Source: an uncultured Granulosicoccus sp.
GTDB taxonomy: Bacteria > Pseudomonadota > Gammaproteobacteria > Granulosicoccales > Granulosicoccaceae
Direction of reading: 5' to 3'
Length of the DNA stretch: 64,000 nt
Assembly: GCA_947492525.1 (NCBI GenBank)
Contig: CANLNQ010000002.1
Location: 235,538 to 299,537, forward strand
How positions within the stretch are numbered: the stretch's first letter is position 1; each line of letters starts with the position of its first letter. This document shows positions 18,296 through 27,146 of this stretch, piece by piece. The notes under the pieces are model-generated. The model was given only the letters and a program-made list of their open reading frames with translations, had not been told where the DNA came from and did not search any database. The translations under genes were made by a program, and so were the position numbers.

Positions 18296-19717
18296 GTGTC
18301 AGTAACCCCCCGGGAGTGCGCTTTGGTCGTTTCAACTGCAGATTTGCACGCGCCACGTACCGTTGGCTGGGCCATTGGACTGATCTGCGTGGCTCATTTC
18401 TTCAGTCACTTCTACATGCTTCTGCTGCCGCCGCTGCTACCGGTGATTGCCGACACCCTGCAGATCAGTTACACCCAACTGGGCTTCGGAATAACCCTGT
18501 TCAGCCTCATGACGGGATTGGCTCAGGCACCCATGGGCGTGCTGGTCGATCGCCTCGGCGCGGGATGGGTGCTCATTACGGGTCTGACTTTGGAGGGCCT
18601 GGCTTTTTCTCTGGTGGGTGTGTGGCCCGTCTACGGTGCCTTTGTCGTTTTCATGGGGATCGCCGGGCTGGGCAATGCGGTATACCACCCGGCGGACTAT
18701 GCCATTCTGAATGCCGTTGCACGCCCTGAACGAATGGGCAGGGCGTTTTCCTATCACACGGCATCAGGGCATTTTGGCGAAGCGTTGGCACCGTTGACAG
18801 TGCTGTTGCTGGCGTCTCTGTTTGGCTGGCAACACGCGCTGATTGTCTGTGGTTTGCTCGGTGTCGCTGTTGCCGTGGTCTTGTACCTTCGGCGTGACTG
18901 GTTGAATACGGACAGGGCAAGGCCCACCAGAAAACACGGATCGGCATCGAGTGCTACCGATGCAACGCATCAGGCTCGCGTCCACAAAGGAGTCACTGAG
19001 ACGGTGTCCGATTTGTCGGTTGGGAAGGCGAGCGAGTCGGCGCCCGACATGTCGATTGAGAAAACGAGCGAGGCAGCGTCCGACATCTCGGTAGAGACAA
19101 GGAGCGAGACGGTGATGACCCGTCGTCAATTGTTGTTGTCACGCCCCATCCTGATGTCCGTGGCCTTTTTCATCGGTCTGACGCTGATCGGGCGAGGGGT
19201 TACCGGTTTTGGTGTCACCGCCTTGCACGAACAGCACGGCTTCAGTCTGACCCTGGCGGGAACGCTGATTTCCGCCTGGCTGTTCGCCTCACCACTGGGG
19301 GTGCTGGTGGGAGGGCGCATAGCTGATGGGCGCAGCGATCTGCAGAAGACCATTGTTGCCTGTCTACTGGGAATCGGGGCAGGCATCGCCCTGCTGGCCT
19401 GGACGACGCCCGGTATCTGGCTCAGCGGCAGCCTGTTCGCCCTGTGCGGTTTTGCCAGTGGAGCCATCGCTCCGTCTCGGGATATGCTGGTACGTTCGCT
19501 CACCCCGGCCGGGCAGGCGGGGACCGTATTCGGCTTCGTGTCGACGGGTTTCAATGTGGGCGGCATCATCGCACCGCTGCTGTTCGGATTCCTGTTGGAT
19601 AAAGGGGCTGCCAACGGCGTGTTCTGGGTGGTGGCCCTGGCGAGCGTGCTCACGGTATTCACGGTGGTCGGCGTATCTGGCAAGCCGGCACGCAGCACCG
19701 GTCAGGCAAGTGCTTGA
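18296..19717 (+). CDS. MFS transporter
   Basis: About 12 TM segments; GVLVDRLGA motif A; second half GGRIADG. The true start may be slightly downstream. Confidence 0.9.
   Translation: MSVTPRECALVVSTADLHAPRTVGWAIGLICVAHFFSHFYMLLLPPLLPVIADTLQISYTQLGFGITLFSLMTGLAQAPMGVLVDRLGAGWVLITGLTLEGLAFSLVGVWPVYGAFVVFMGIAGLGNAVYHPADYAILNAVARPERMGRAFSYHTASGHFGEALAPLTVLLLASLFGWQHALIVCGLLGVAVAVVLYLRRDWLNTDRARPTRKHGSASSATDATHQARVHKGVTETVSDLSVGKASESAPDMSIEKTSEAASDISVETRSETVMTRRQLLLSRPILMSVAFFIGLTLIGRGVTGFGVTALHEQHGFSLTLAGTLISAWLFASPLGVLVGGRIADGRSDLQKTIVACLLGIGAGIALLAWTTPGIWLSGSLFALCGFASGAIAPSRDMLVRSLTPAGQAGTVFGFVSTGFNVGGIIAPLLFGFLLDKGAANGVFWVVALASVLTVFTVVGVSGKPARSTGQASA
19007..19114 (+). repeat. Three diverged 36-bp in-frame repeats in the MFS central loop
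   Basis: SDLSVGKASESA / PDMSIEKTSEAA / SDISVETRSETV. Confidence 0.75.
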
Positions 19718-19786
19718 AAACAGCGGCAAAGATGCCTTGTCAGCGGGTTTGGCTCAGATTCCGGCAATTCACCAAGGCGTCTGCAT

Positions 19787-20102
19787 CCATCCACGGTTAT
19801 CCACAAATTCTGTGGATAAGGTTGTGGATGACACTTGAATAGCGTGTTGCATCCCACTGTTTGTAACGGTCTTGTCAGATTGCGTATTTTTTGACCATCT
19901 GAAAATTTCAATAAAAACAATGACTTGAATTTATTACCTGTTACTTTGACCGAATTCCGGCGCTGCACTGGCGTTGAAGGTCGCCATGTGCATAAGCCGT
20001 TGCAGTAAACGCTGGCAAGTCAAGCATCGGGAAGGCTTGCAGGTTGTTTTTTTATGCTCGACAGGTAACAAGCTCAGCCATTGGCACGGTCTTTGGCCTG
20101 TG
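19787..20102. repeat. DnaA-box-containing ~315-bp intergenic element, copy 2
   Basis: CCATCCACG (19787), TTATCCACA (19797), TGTGGATAA (19811), TGTGGATGA (19823); IHF-like AAACAATGACTTG (19915-19927). Confidence 0.85.
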
Positions 20103-20147
20103 GCTGACCAGTCTGGCAGCCATCAACACGCGCCCTTCAGATCGGGT

Positions 20148-20609
20148 TCAGGCAGCAGAGTCCAGGCAGCTGTCGCAGATGCAGTTCATCTCGATCTGTG
20201 GTGAGGCGAGGTGAAAGCCTGCCTCGGTGACATTCTTCTGCAATTCCTTCAGTGTGGCTTTCTTGATGGTGATTTCGCTGACCGCCTGGCACACATTGCA
20301 GATCAGGAATTGCGGGACCTCGTGAGCATGGTCGCAGGTGATGTGCGAACAGGCGACGTACTTGTTGGCCAGATTGAGTTTGTGGACGAGCTTTTCCTGC
20401 TCCAGAAACTCCAGAATCCGGTAGACCGACATCGCGGGGATGGACTCGCCGTAGTTCTCCTTGCAGCTTTCCACAAGCTCATAGGCAGAGAGTGCCTTTT
20501 CCGACTCCAGCAGCCCGGACAGCACGCGTTTGCGCTTGTCGGTCAGTCGTGAACCGTGTTCCCGGCAAGTCTTCTCGGCATGGTCGATGATGGTCTGTAC
20601 GTTTTTCAT
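20148..20609 (-). CDS. Fur-family regulator, Zur-like
   Basis: AEKTCREHGSRLTDKRKRVL...SAYEL...SVYRILEFL...LVHKL...FLICNVC...EMNCICDSC. Confidence 0.85.
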   Translation of the reverse strand: MKNVQTIIDHAEKTCREHGSRLTDKRKRVLSGLLESEKALSAYELVESCKENYGESIPAMSVYRILEFLEQEKLVHKLNLANKYVACSHITCDHAHEVPQFLICNVCQAVSEITIKKATLKELQKNVTEAGFHLASPQIEMNCICDSCLDSAA

Positions 20610-21030
20610 TCGGCTCTCTGTACTGAATCGTCGACCGGTAAGCAGTCAGACGTCGGACGGGCGCCAGTCAATCCTTGCGGCTGACACCTCTGTGCAACTG
20701 TGGGGCATGTCGAGAGCCTATGCAAGCCTTGGCAAGTGGTACAGAGAGCCAGTAGAGAATGGCTACACCTGCCAGAGACCAGACGATGGTGGCTCCGGCT
20801 GGTAGATCGAACAGGGCTGCCAGGCACAGCCAGAGCAGACGAGATGCGGGGCAGTCCAGCGCAATCGTCCGCTGAGTCTCGCCAGTAGTCACGTCAATGA
20901 TCTTGATGCTGGCGCCGCCGATCTCGAACAGATACAACAGGTCCTCGCTCTGCAAGGCAGTAATGAGCCTATACGTCGGATTCAGAGGGGCGTTACAGCA
21001 ATCCGTGCAGTGACTCGGTTCGAGCGTGCG

Positions 21031-22626
21031 TCAGCGTGCAAGTACCTGCTGCCAGACTGTCCAGTCAGTCAGCCATGTCTGCTCGAATTCATTCACGTTC
21101 CGGCCATTGATCAGTTGCATGGACACCGTGTCGCTATCGCCGGTATCCGCATTCAGTATCAACTGACTGCCATCTGCCGCTGTCAGACTCAGTATGCCGG
21201 AGCTGTAGTTCCAGTCGGTTCTGCCGGTCAGTAGCTGACTGTGATCGAAGTACCTGAGCGTGCTGACGTGGACAAGCTCATTGCCGGTCAACGATGAACG
21301 CAGGTCGAAGCTGCCGGAAAAGGAGGTATTGAGAAATGGCGATGAATGCAGGAGATGCGCAAAGGTGTACTCCAGATTGGCGTGCTCCAGGTGCCATTCA
21401 TCGTCGCTGCTCAGTATCGACACGCTCATGTCCTCGGCGCTGTAGAAGCCGGGAGTTGCCTGTATGGCGCCGTCCAGGCTGCCGGAGAAATGAAACTCTG
21501 TATTCGAGTCCGCATGGATGCTGACGCCACTGGAGGAGACTCTGTCGGTATCGCCGTAATACTGGTGCACATTGAAGTTCCCCTGATACACAGCGTCCTC
21601 GACGCGGCAATCATCGAACTGCACGGTGTACGGTCCTTCAAAGACAAGCTGGCCACCATTGATGCAGGCATAGGGAGTGCCGGCGCTGAAGTCCGGTTCG
21701 AAGGTGGCTTGCAGGTCGGGCACGGTCTGGTTGGCCATTGTCGACAGCTGCTCCCGATACTGTGCGCCGAAGTAGATGCCGAAGACCTCGGTCAACAGGG
21801 CTTCATGGTTGTCTCGGCTGATCGTCGGATAAGGCTGCGCCTGTCGATCGCCAGGCGTTGTGACCGGTACGCTTCTCGACGCGGATTCAACACCGTCGGC
21901 ATCGATGGCGAGTACGTGTATCACCGTCGTGCTGCCGGGAGTGAGATTGTTCGAAAACCAGCTGGTGCCATCCGTCTCGGCGACAATCTCACCGCCCTTG
22001 ATAACCCGATAGCGAATGCCGCTTTGCGGCACTCTATCCCAGAACACTTCTGCCGCGCTCTGGCTATAGACATCCGCTCGAAGACCCGTGATCACATCCG
22101 GTCGAGCGTCGGGATAGCTGACGGTGATCGTTTCGGATCGTGGCCAGTTCTGCCAGGGTTCGTCATTGCTTGCGACCAGAAAATAATCTCCGAACTCATC
22201 GGGTTGCCAGTAGCTGGCGTCACCGGGCAGGGATTCGATAAAGGTCCCGTCTCCCCGGTGTACGTTGATGCTGAGCGCAGAAACCGGCTCCCAGGACAGT
22301 CCGATGAAATTGACGAAGGGCATGGGTGCTCCACTGTTTGAGCCGTCCTTAACTGTCACCACGTCCGAACGGGGCCAGTCTCTCCAGTCACCGTCGTCTG
22401 CGGCCACCAGATAGTATTCGCCAGGTTCCGTTGCGGTCCATCGTGTGGTCGTGCCCGGTAGTGACTCCACGTAGGAGCCATCTCCTCTGTGTATATTGAT
22501 GGTGAGCGCGGGGATGGCATCCCAGCTGAGCTGATCCCCTTCAACGGTTGGTGTTACCAGACTGGCACAGACAGCAGTGGATGCCAGTGAAAGGGCGGTG
22601 GTCAGAAGCAGGGGAATCGTTTTCAT
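21031..22626 (-). CDS. Secreted protein with two ~65-aa internal repeats, an FN3-like domain and an unknown C-terminal region
   Basis: Signal peptide MKTIPLLLTTALSLASTAVCA; duplicated LSW...INxHRGDG...ESLPG...YxLVA...WPRSxxxTV; ITGLRADVYSQSAAEVFWDR. Confidence 0.75.
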   Translation of the reverse strand: MKTIPLLLTTALSLASTAVCASLVTPTVEGDQLSWDAIPALTINIHRGDGSYVESLPGTTTRWTATEPGEYYLVAADDGDWRDWPRSDVVTVKDGSNSGAPMPFVNFIGLSWEPVSALSINVHRGDGTFIESLPGDASYWQPDEFGDYFLVASNDEPWQNWPRSETITVSYPDARPDVITGLRADVYSQSAAEVFWDRVPQSGIRYRVIKGGEIVAETDGTSWFSNNLTPGSTTVIHVLAIDADGVESASRSVPVTTPGDRQAQPYPTISRDNHEALLTEVFGIYFGAQYREQLSTMANQTVPDLQATFEPDFSAGTPYACINGGQLVFEGPYTVQFDDCRVEDAVYQGNFNVHQYYGDTDRVSSSGVSIHADSNTEFHFSGSLDGAIQATPGFYSAEDMSVSILSSDDEWHLEHANLEYTFAHLLHSSPFLNTSFSGSFDLRSSLTGNELVHVSTLRYFDHSQLLTGRTDWNYSSGILSLTAADGSQLILNADTGDSDTVSMQLINGRNVNEFEQTWLTDWTVWQQVLAR

Positions 22627-23000
22627 GATGCGGTCTCCAGAGCGGCCCGACTCGGCAATGCCGCGGTAGTGGCGATGTGCAACAACAGACAACTGTATTA
22701 GAGGTCTTGCTGTTGTCCTGGTGCAAGTCATTATTTTGCATGGCTCAGGGTAAAACGCCCGCTTCATGATTCGGTCTGACGTGATGTGACTCGGTGCGAG
22801 TCGATCCGACCGGCCATGGTTCACCCCGGAGGCTGTCAGCGCGAGATTGGGAAACAACGCAGCGACAATAACGTCTGCACCGGTGGCCCCCGGATCGTGT
22901 CGCTCACTGAATTGTGCGTTTCAAGAATCTGTGTAATGCTGCATTGTCATCAATGGCGAGTGGTTATTCGATACTTCCAACACAGACGAGGAGTGCAGAA

Positions 23001-24365
23001 ATGGCAGAGACGGAAAAGAGTTGCTGTGCGGGCCCCGGTTACGCATCGCCACAGGAAGCCATCAAGGCGCCGCGGGAAAAGGTGGTGTACACGATCTGTA
23101 TCTATACCGGCACGGGGGTGGAAAAGCCTGATTACCTGGCAACCATCGATGTCGATGAAACCAGTGACACCTATGGGCAGGTCATTCACCGCACGGAGAT
23201 GCCGACCATCGGAGATGAGCTTCACCACATGGGCTGGAATGCCTGTTCGTCGTGCAATACCGATGGCAGCATGCAGCGCAAATACCTGATCATTCCAGGT
23301 GTGCGCACCAGCAACTTCTACATCGTGGACACCGCAACGGACCCGCGCAAACCCACACTATTCAAGACCATCGAAGGCAGCGAAATCAAGGAGAAGACCA
23401 ATCTGTCGGCACCGCATACGGTGCATTGCCTGGGCGCTGACATCATTGTCTCCATGCTCGGTGATGCAAAAGGCAATGGCCCCGGTGGTTTCCTGCACTT
23501 GAACAAGGATTTCGAGATCATGGGGCGCTGGGAGAAGGACCTGGGCGAGATGAAGTTCAACTACGATTTCTGGTATCAGCCCCGCCACAACATGATGATT
23601 TCCACCGAATGGGCATCACCCAATACCTTCATGCCCGGTTTCGAGCTGGAAGATGTGGCAAGCGGAAAATACGGGCAGCATGTTCATTTCTGGGATTTCG
23701 AGAATCGCAGCGTCGCGCAGAGCTTCGATCTGGGGGAGGAAGGTCTGATTCCTCTGGAGGCTCGCTTTCTGCACAACCCCGACAGCACGCATGGCTTTGT
23801 CGGTGCTGCTCTGGCCTCCAATATCTTTCATTATCACCAGGATGATGGGGAAGTGCAGATCAACAAGGTCATCGATGTGCCGACAGTGGATGTCGAAGGG
23901 TTCCCGGTGCCCATGCCCAGTCTGATCACCGATATTCTGGTGTCGATGGACGATCGCTATCTCTATTTCTCCAACTGGCTGCACGGAGACCTGCGCCAGT
24001 ACGATGTGTCCGATCCGGCCAATCCCCGACTCACCGGGCAAGTCTGGATTGGCGGGATGCTGGGCAAGGCGCCAGTGGTCAATGGAGTCAGTGTCGACGG
24101 GGCACCGCAGATGATTCAGTTGTCGCTCGATGGCAAGCGACTGTACGTCACGACGTCGCTGTTCTCCACCTGGGACAATCAGTTCTACCCGTCGATGAAG
24201 GAGAACGGGGGCATCATGCTCATTGTTGATTGTGACAATGAAAACGGTGGCATGAAGATCCGTGAGGATTTTGTAGTTGACTTCGGCAAGGAACCCCATG
24301 GACCCGCGCGTGCGCACGAAACGCGATATCCGGGCGGGGATTGTTCGTCCGATATCTGGATCTGA
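23001..24365 (+). CDS. Selenium-binding protein SBP56 / SELENBP1-like (methanethiol oxidase family)
   Basis: GPGYASP...PDYLATIDVD...DELHHMGWNACSSC, APHTVHC, YDFWYQPRH, PLEARFLH, QMIQLSLDGKRLYVTTSLFSTWDNQFYP, GGDCSSDIWI; no signal peptide. Confidence 0.92.
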   Translation: MAETEKSCCAGPGYASPQEAIKAPREKVVYTICIYTGTGVEKPDYLATIDVDETSDTYGQVIHRTEMPTIGDELHHMGWNACSSCNTDGSMQRKYLIIPGVRTSNFYIVDTATDPRKPTLFKTIEGSEIKEKTNLSAPHTVHCLGADIIVSMLGDAKGNGPGGFLHLNKDFEIMGRWEKDLGEMKFNYDFWYQPRHNMMISTEWASPNTFMPGFELEDVASGKYGQHVHFWDFENRSVAQSFDLGEEGLIPLEARFLHNPDSTHGFVGAALASNIFHYHQDDGEVQINKVIDVPTVDVEGFPVPMPSLITDILVSMDDRYLYFSNWLHGDLRQYDVSDPANPRLTGQVWIGGMLGKAPVVNGVSVDGAPQMIQLSLDGKRLYVTTSLFSTWDNQFYPSMKENGGIMLIVDCDNENGGMKIREDFVVDFGKEPHGPARAHETRYPGGDCSSDIWI

Positions 24366-24377
24366 ATCGGGCGCAGC

Positions 24378-24704
24378 ATGTCCAGTCACACTGTTACCTT
24401 GCGTAATCGTGGCGGCAAGTCACTGCGGGTAGGCGAGGACGAGAACATTCTGGATGTCTTCGAGGCCGCTGGCGAGGTATTGCCAGTGGCCTGTCGTTAC
24501 GGGGGTTGCATTACCTGCGCCGCACGCCTGGTATCCGGCTCGGTTCGACAACCGGGTGCCTCTGCCATCAACAAGCGCCAGTCAGCCGCGGGCTATGTAT
24601 TGCTGTGTGTGGCGCGGCCGAAGTCCGATTGCGTGTTTGACGTGGGGGTGGAGAGCCACGATCAGTTGTACGTCAATCCGTTTTCGAGAAAACCCGGGGA
24701 GTAG
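24378..24704 (+). CDS. 2Fe-2S ferredoxin
   Basis: ACRYGGCITC...VLLCVA plant-type cluster motif. Confidence 0.9.
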   Translation: MSSHTVTLRNRGGKSLRVGEDENILDVFEAAGEVLPVACRYGGCITCAARLVSGSVRQPGASAINKRQSAAGYVLLCVARPKSDCVFDVGVESHDQLYVNPFSRKPGE

Positions 24705-24723
24705 GGCTTGCCCCTGTCAATCC

Positions 24724-25398
24724 CTATTCATCCCCGGCCACCCCGTATGACGGTGCTGCCCGCGGATCCAGCGCACGCGTGACATAGTCATCGGCCTGCG
24801 GTTTGTAGACTTCCCAGGCGCGGGCAATGGCGCTGATCGGGCAGTCTTCTGTCCAGTCACAACGCAGCTCTGCATAGGGCCAATCCTGTTCATTGACAAT
24901 CAACAGACCGGCAGAGTGCACGGGGCCTGCTTCACCACCGGCTGCAAGACCTGCCTGCATGGACAGTACAAGGCGATCACCCAGCGATCCGCGGGCATTC
25001 TGGAAGGCGTCCGTGATGGCTGCAGGCACGGTGTCATTGGCCAACAGATTGCCACCCGACGCGCAGTCGATGCCGCTTGCCGAGGTCCAGATGCCCAATG
25101 CCTTGTCGCCTGAATGAATGGCTGTTCTGCCTGCCGAATCGATCACCAACAACTGTCGGTACTCCGGGTAGTCCTCCTCGGCGATGGTGGCCGCCAGAGC
25201 ATCAGCGGCGGGAGATCCTGCGGCGAGTCGCGACAGCGCTGCGGGGCCGAGGGCCGGATTGGTGACGTTCTGCGTGGCAACCGCGCCGACACCGGATCGG
25301 GCAAAGGCGCAGCGCGCAGCCACGGCGGGTGATGAGGAGGCGATGGCCACACCGAACTGCTTTGTCTCGGCGCAGTGCGCCACAATCGAGAATGTCAT
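24724..25398 (-). CDS. DUF1028-family protein
   Basis: MTFSIVA...FGVAIASS...GVGAVATQ...RQL...GNLLAN...SAGL...LRCDW...PI. Confidence 0.88.
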   Translation of the reverse strand: MTFSIVAHCAETKQFGVAIASSSPAVAARCAFARSGVGAVATQNVTNPALGPAALSRLAAGSPAADALAATIAEEDYPEYRQLLVIDSAGRTAIHSGDKALGIWTSASGIDCASGGNLLANDTVPAAITDAFQNARGSLGDRLVLSMQAGLAAGGEAGPVHSAGLLIVNEQDWPYAELRCDWTEDCPISAIARAWEVYKPQADDYVTRALDPRAAPSYGVAGDE

Positions 25399-25407
25399 GC
25401 GGCGTTC

Positions 25408-25821
25408 TCAGTCGGGAATCACGAAGGTGGCATCGATTTCGACCAGCCAGTCCGGTCGTGCCAGAGCCGATACGCAAAGACCTGTCGATACCGGGTGAAT
25501 GTCCTTGATGTATTCACCCATCGTGCGGTAGATCGCTTCTCGATGACGCACGTCGGTGATGTACACGACCACCTTGCACAGGTGTGCCATCTCGCCGCCG
25601 GCCTCCTGGATCAGCTGCTGGATGTTCTGCATGACCTTGTGTGTCTGCTCGACAGGATCGTGGCTATCGATGTTGACGGCCGTGTCCAGATCCTGCGGGC
25701 ATTGTCCTCGCAGGAACACGGTTGCGCCGCGAGCGACCACGGCCTGACACAGATCGTTGTCCAGTTTCTGTTCGGGGTAGGTGTCGGCGGTATTGAACTT
25801 GCGAATGCGTGTGTGGGTCAT
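25408..25821 (-). CDS. RidA/YjgF/UK114 family protein
   Basis: MTHTRIRKFNT...VFLRGQ...EQTHKVMQNI...KVVVYITD...PVSTGLCVSALARPDWLVEIDA. Confidence 0.9.
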   Translation of the reverse strand: MTHTRIRKFNTADTYPEQKLDNDLCQAVVARGATVFLRGQCPQDLDTAVNIDSHDPVEQTHKVMQNIQQLIQEAGGEMAHLCKVVVYITDVRHREAIYRTMGEYIKDIHPVSTGLCVSALARPDWLVEIDATFVIPD

Positions 25822-25822
25822 C

Positions 25823-27106
25823 TCATTGTCCTGTCGCAGCTGTATCAAGGCGTTTGGCGCTGCCCTGGTAGGCCAGATAGCCTTCCTGTTTCCTGATGTG
25901 ATCGACGACGAAGCCGGCATCATGCCAGACGCCCCAGATGAATGAGGATCCGCGGCGCGACTGCCAGGGCAGGCCCAGGAAATACACGCCCGGTTCGCTC
26001 GATACACCCCGCTTGTGACTCGGGCGGCCATCGTCAGTCAGCGCAGCATCCACCTTGAGCCAGCTGTAGTCAACACCAAAGCCGGTAGCCCATATGAGGG
26101 TCTTGATGCCCGCGGCCTGCAGGTCGAGCTCCCTTACGGGGTCAGTCATGCAAGCCGGGTCGGCTCCCAGCACGCGGGCCTGCGGGTCCTCTGGCAGGTC
26201 CAGACCATTGCGTTCGACATACGCATCCGCCAGGTCGAGGGTGGCCAGATAATTCGCGTCACCCTGGCGAATGTTATCCGCCAGATTGTCGGAGAAGGTC
26301 AGGATGCCATCAGTGAAACTCTCGGTCAGGCCCAGTAGCGTCATGCCCTGATTGGCAATGTCTCGAAAATCGATGGTGTAGCCGCCATCTGCGCCGGTGA
26401 CTGCAATGGTGGTGTGGGTGGATTGTTCCGAGGCTTCCGCATCCCACAGATTCAGGACACCAAGCCACCAGCAGAAGTCGCGCCCGCGATAGCGCCTGGG
26501 TGGGCGGTCATGCGAACCGACGGACAGGAAGGTCTTGCGCCCGGACTGCATGATCTCCGTGGCAATCTGTACCCCCGATGAGCCTGCGCCGACCACCAGT
26601 ACGTTGCCGTCCGGCAAGTCCTGAGGGTTGCGATATCCCGTCGAGTGCATCTGCGTCAGTCCGTTGCGTTCGGGGACAATGGGCGGTATCAGCGGGTGTT
26701 GAAAGGCACCGGTGGCACAGATGACATAACGAGCTTCGATCTGGCCGGCTGAGGTTTGCGCGATGAATCCTGCACCCTTCTCCCTGCGACGGACCTCGGT
26801 GACCGCGACACCTTCGCGGACAGGGGCGTCGAGCTTCGTTGCATAATCAACGAAGTAGTCGGCCACCTGCTCCTTGGGGACAAAGGCGTCGTCATCGAAG
26901 CCGGCAAACGTCATGCCCGGGAAGCGGTCATGCCAGGCCGGGCCATTGGCCACCAATGAATCCCAACGCTCGGATCGCCAACGCTCTGCAATGCGCGCAC
27001 GCTCCAGTACAAGATGTGAGATGCCTGCCTTGCCCAGATGCTCGCTGGCGGCGATGCCGGCCTGTCCTGCACCGATCACCAGCACATCGATGTGTTCTAC
27101 TGACAT
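25823..27106 (-). CDS. Flavin-containing monooxygenase-like NAD(P)/FAD oxidoreductase
   Basis: VIGAGQAG (FAD), QMHSTGYRNP, VVGAGSSG (NAD(P)H), LIWATGF. Start MSVEHID. Confidence 0.9.
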   Translation of the reverse strand: MSVEHIDVLVIGAGQAGIAASEHLGKAGISHLVLERARIAERWRSERWDSLVANGPAWHDRFPGMTFAGFDDDAFVPKEQVADYFVDYATKLDAPVREGVAVTEVRRREKGAGFIAQTSAGQIEARYVICATGAFQHPLIPPIVPERNGLTQMHSTGYRNPQDLPDGNVLVVGAGSSGVQIATEIMQSGRKTFLSVGSHDRPPRRYRGRDFCWWLGVLNLWDAEASEQSTHTTIAVTGADGGYTIDFRDIANQGMTLLGLTESFTDGILTFSDNLADNIRQGDANYLATLDLADAYVERNGLDLPEDPQARVLGADPACMTDPVRELDLQAAGIKTLIWATGFGVDYSWLKVDAALTDDGRPSHKRGVSSEPGVYFLGLPWQSRRGSSFIWGVWHDAGFVVDHIRKQEGYLAYQGSAKRLDTAATGQ

Positions 27107-27146
27107 GATTGCTCCACGGCTACGTGTTTCCTGGCGAATGGCTGGG

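Noticed and set aside
17109-20102. oriC call for the DnaA-box clusters
   Set aside because: There are two similar copies, only four boxes each, and no dnaA, dnaN, gyrB, gidA or parAB genes in the window. It cannot be excluded without GC-skew data, but it is unsupported.
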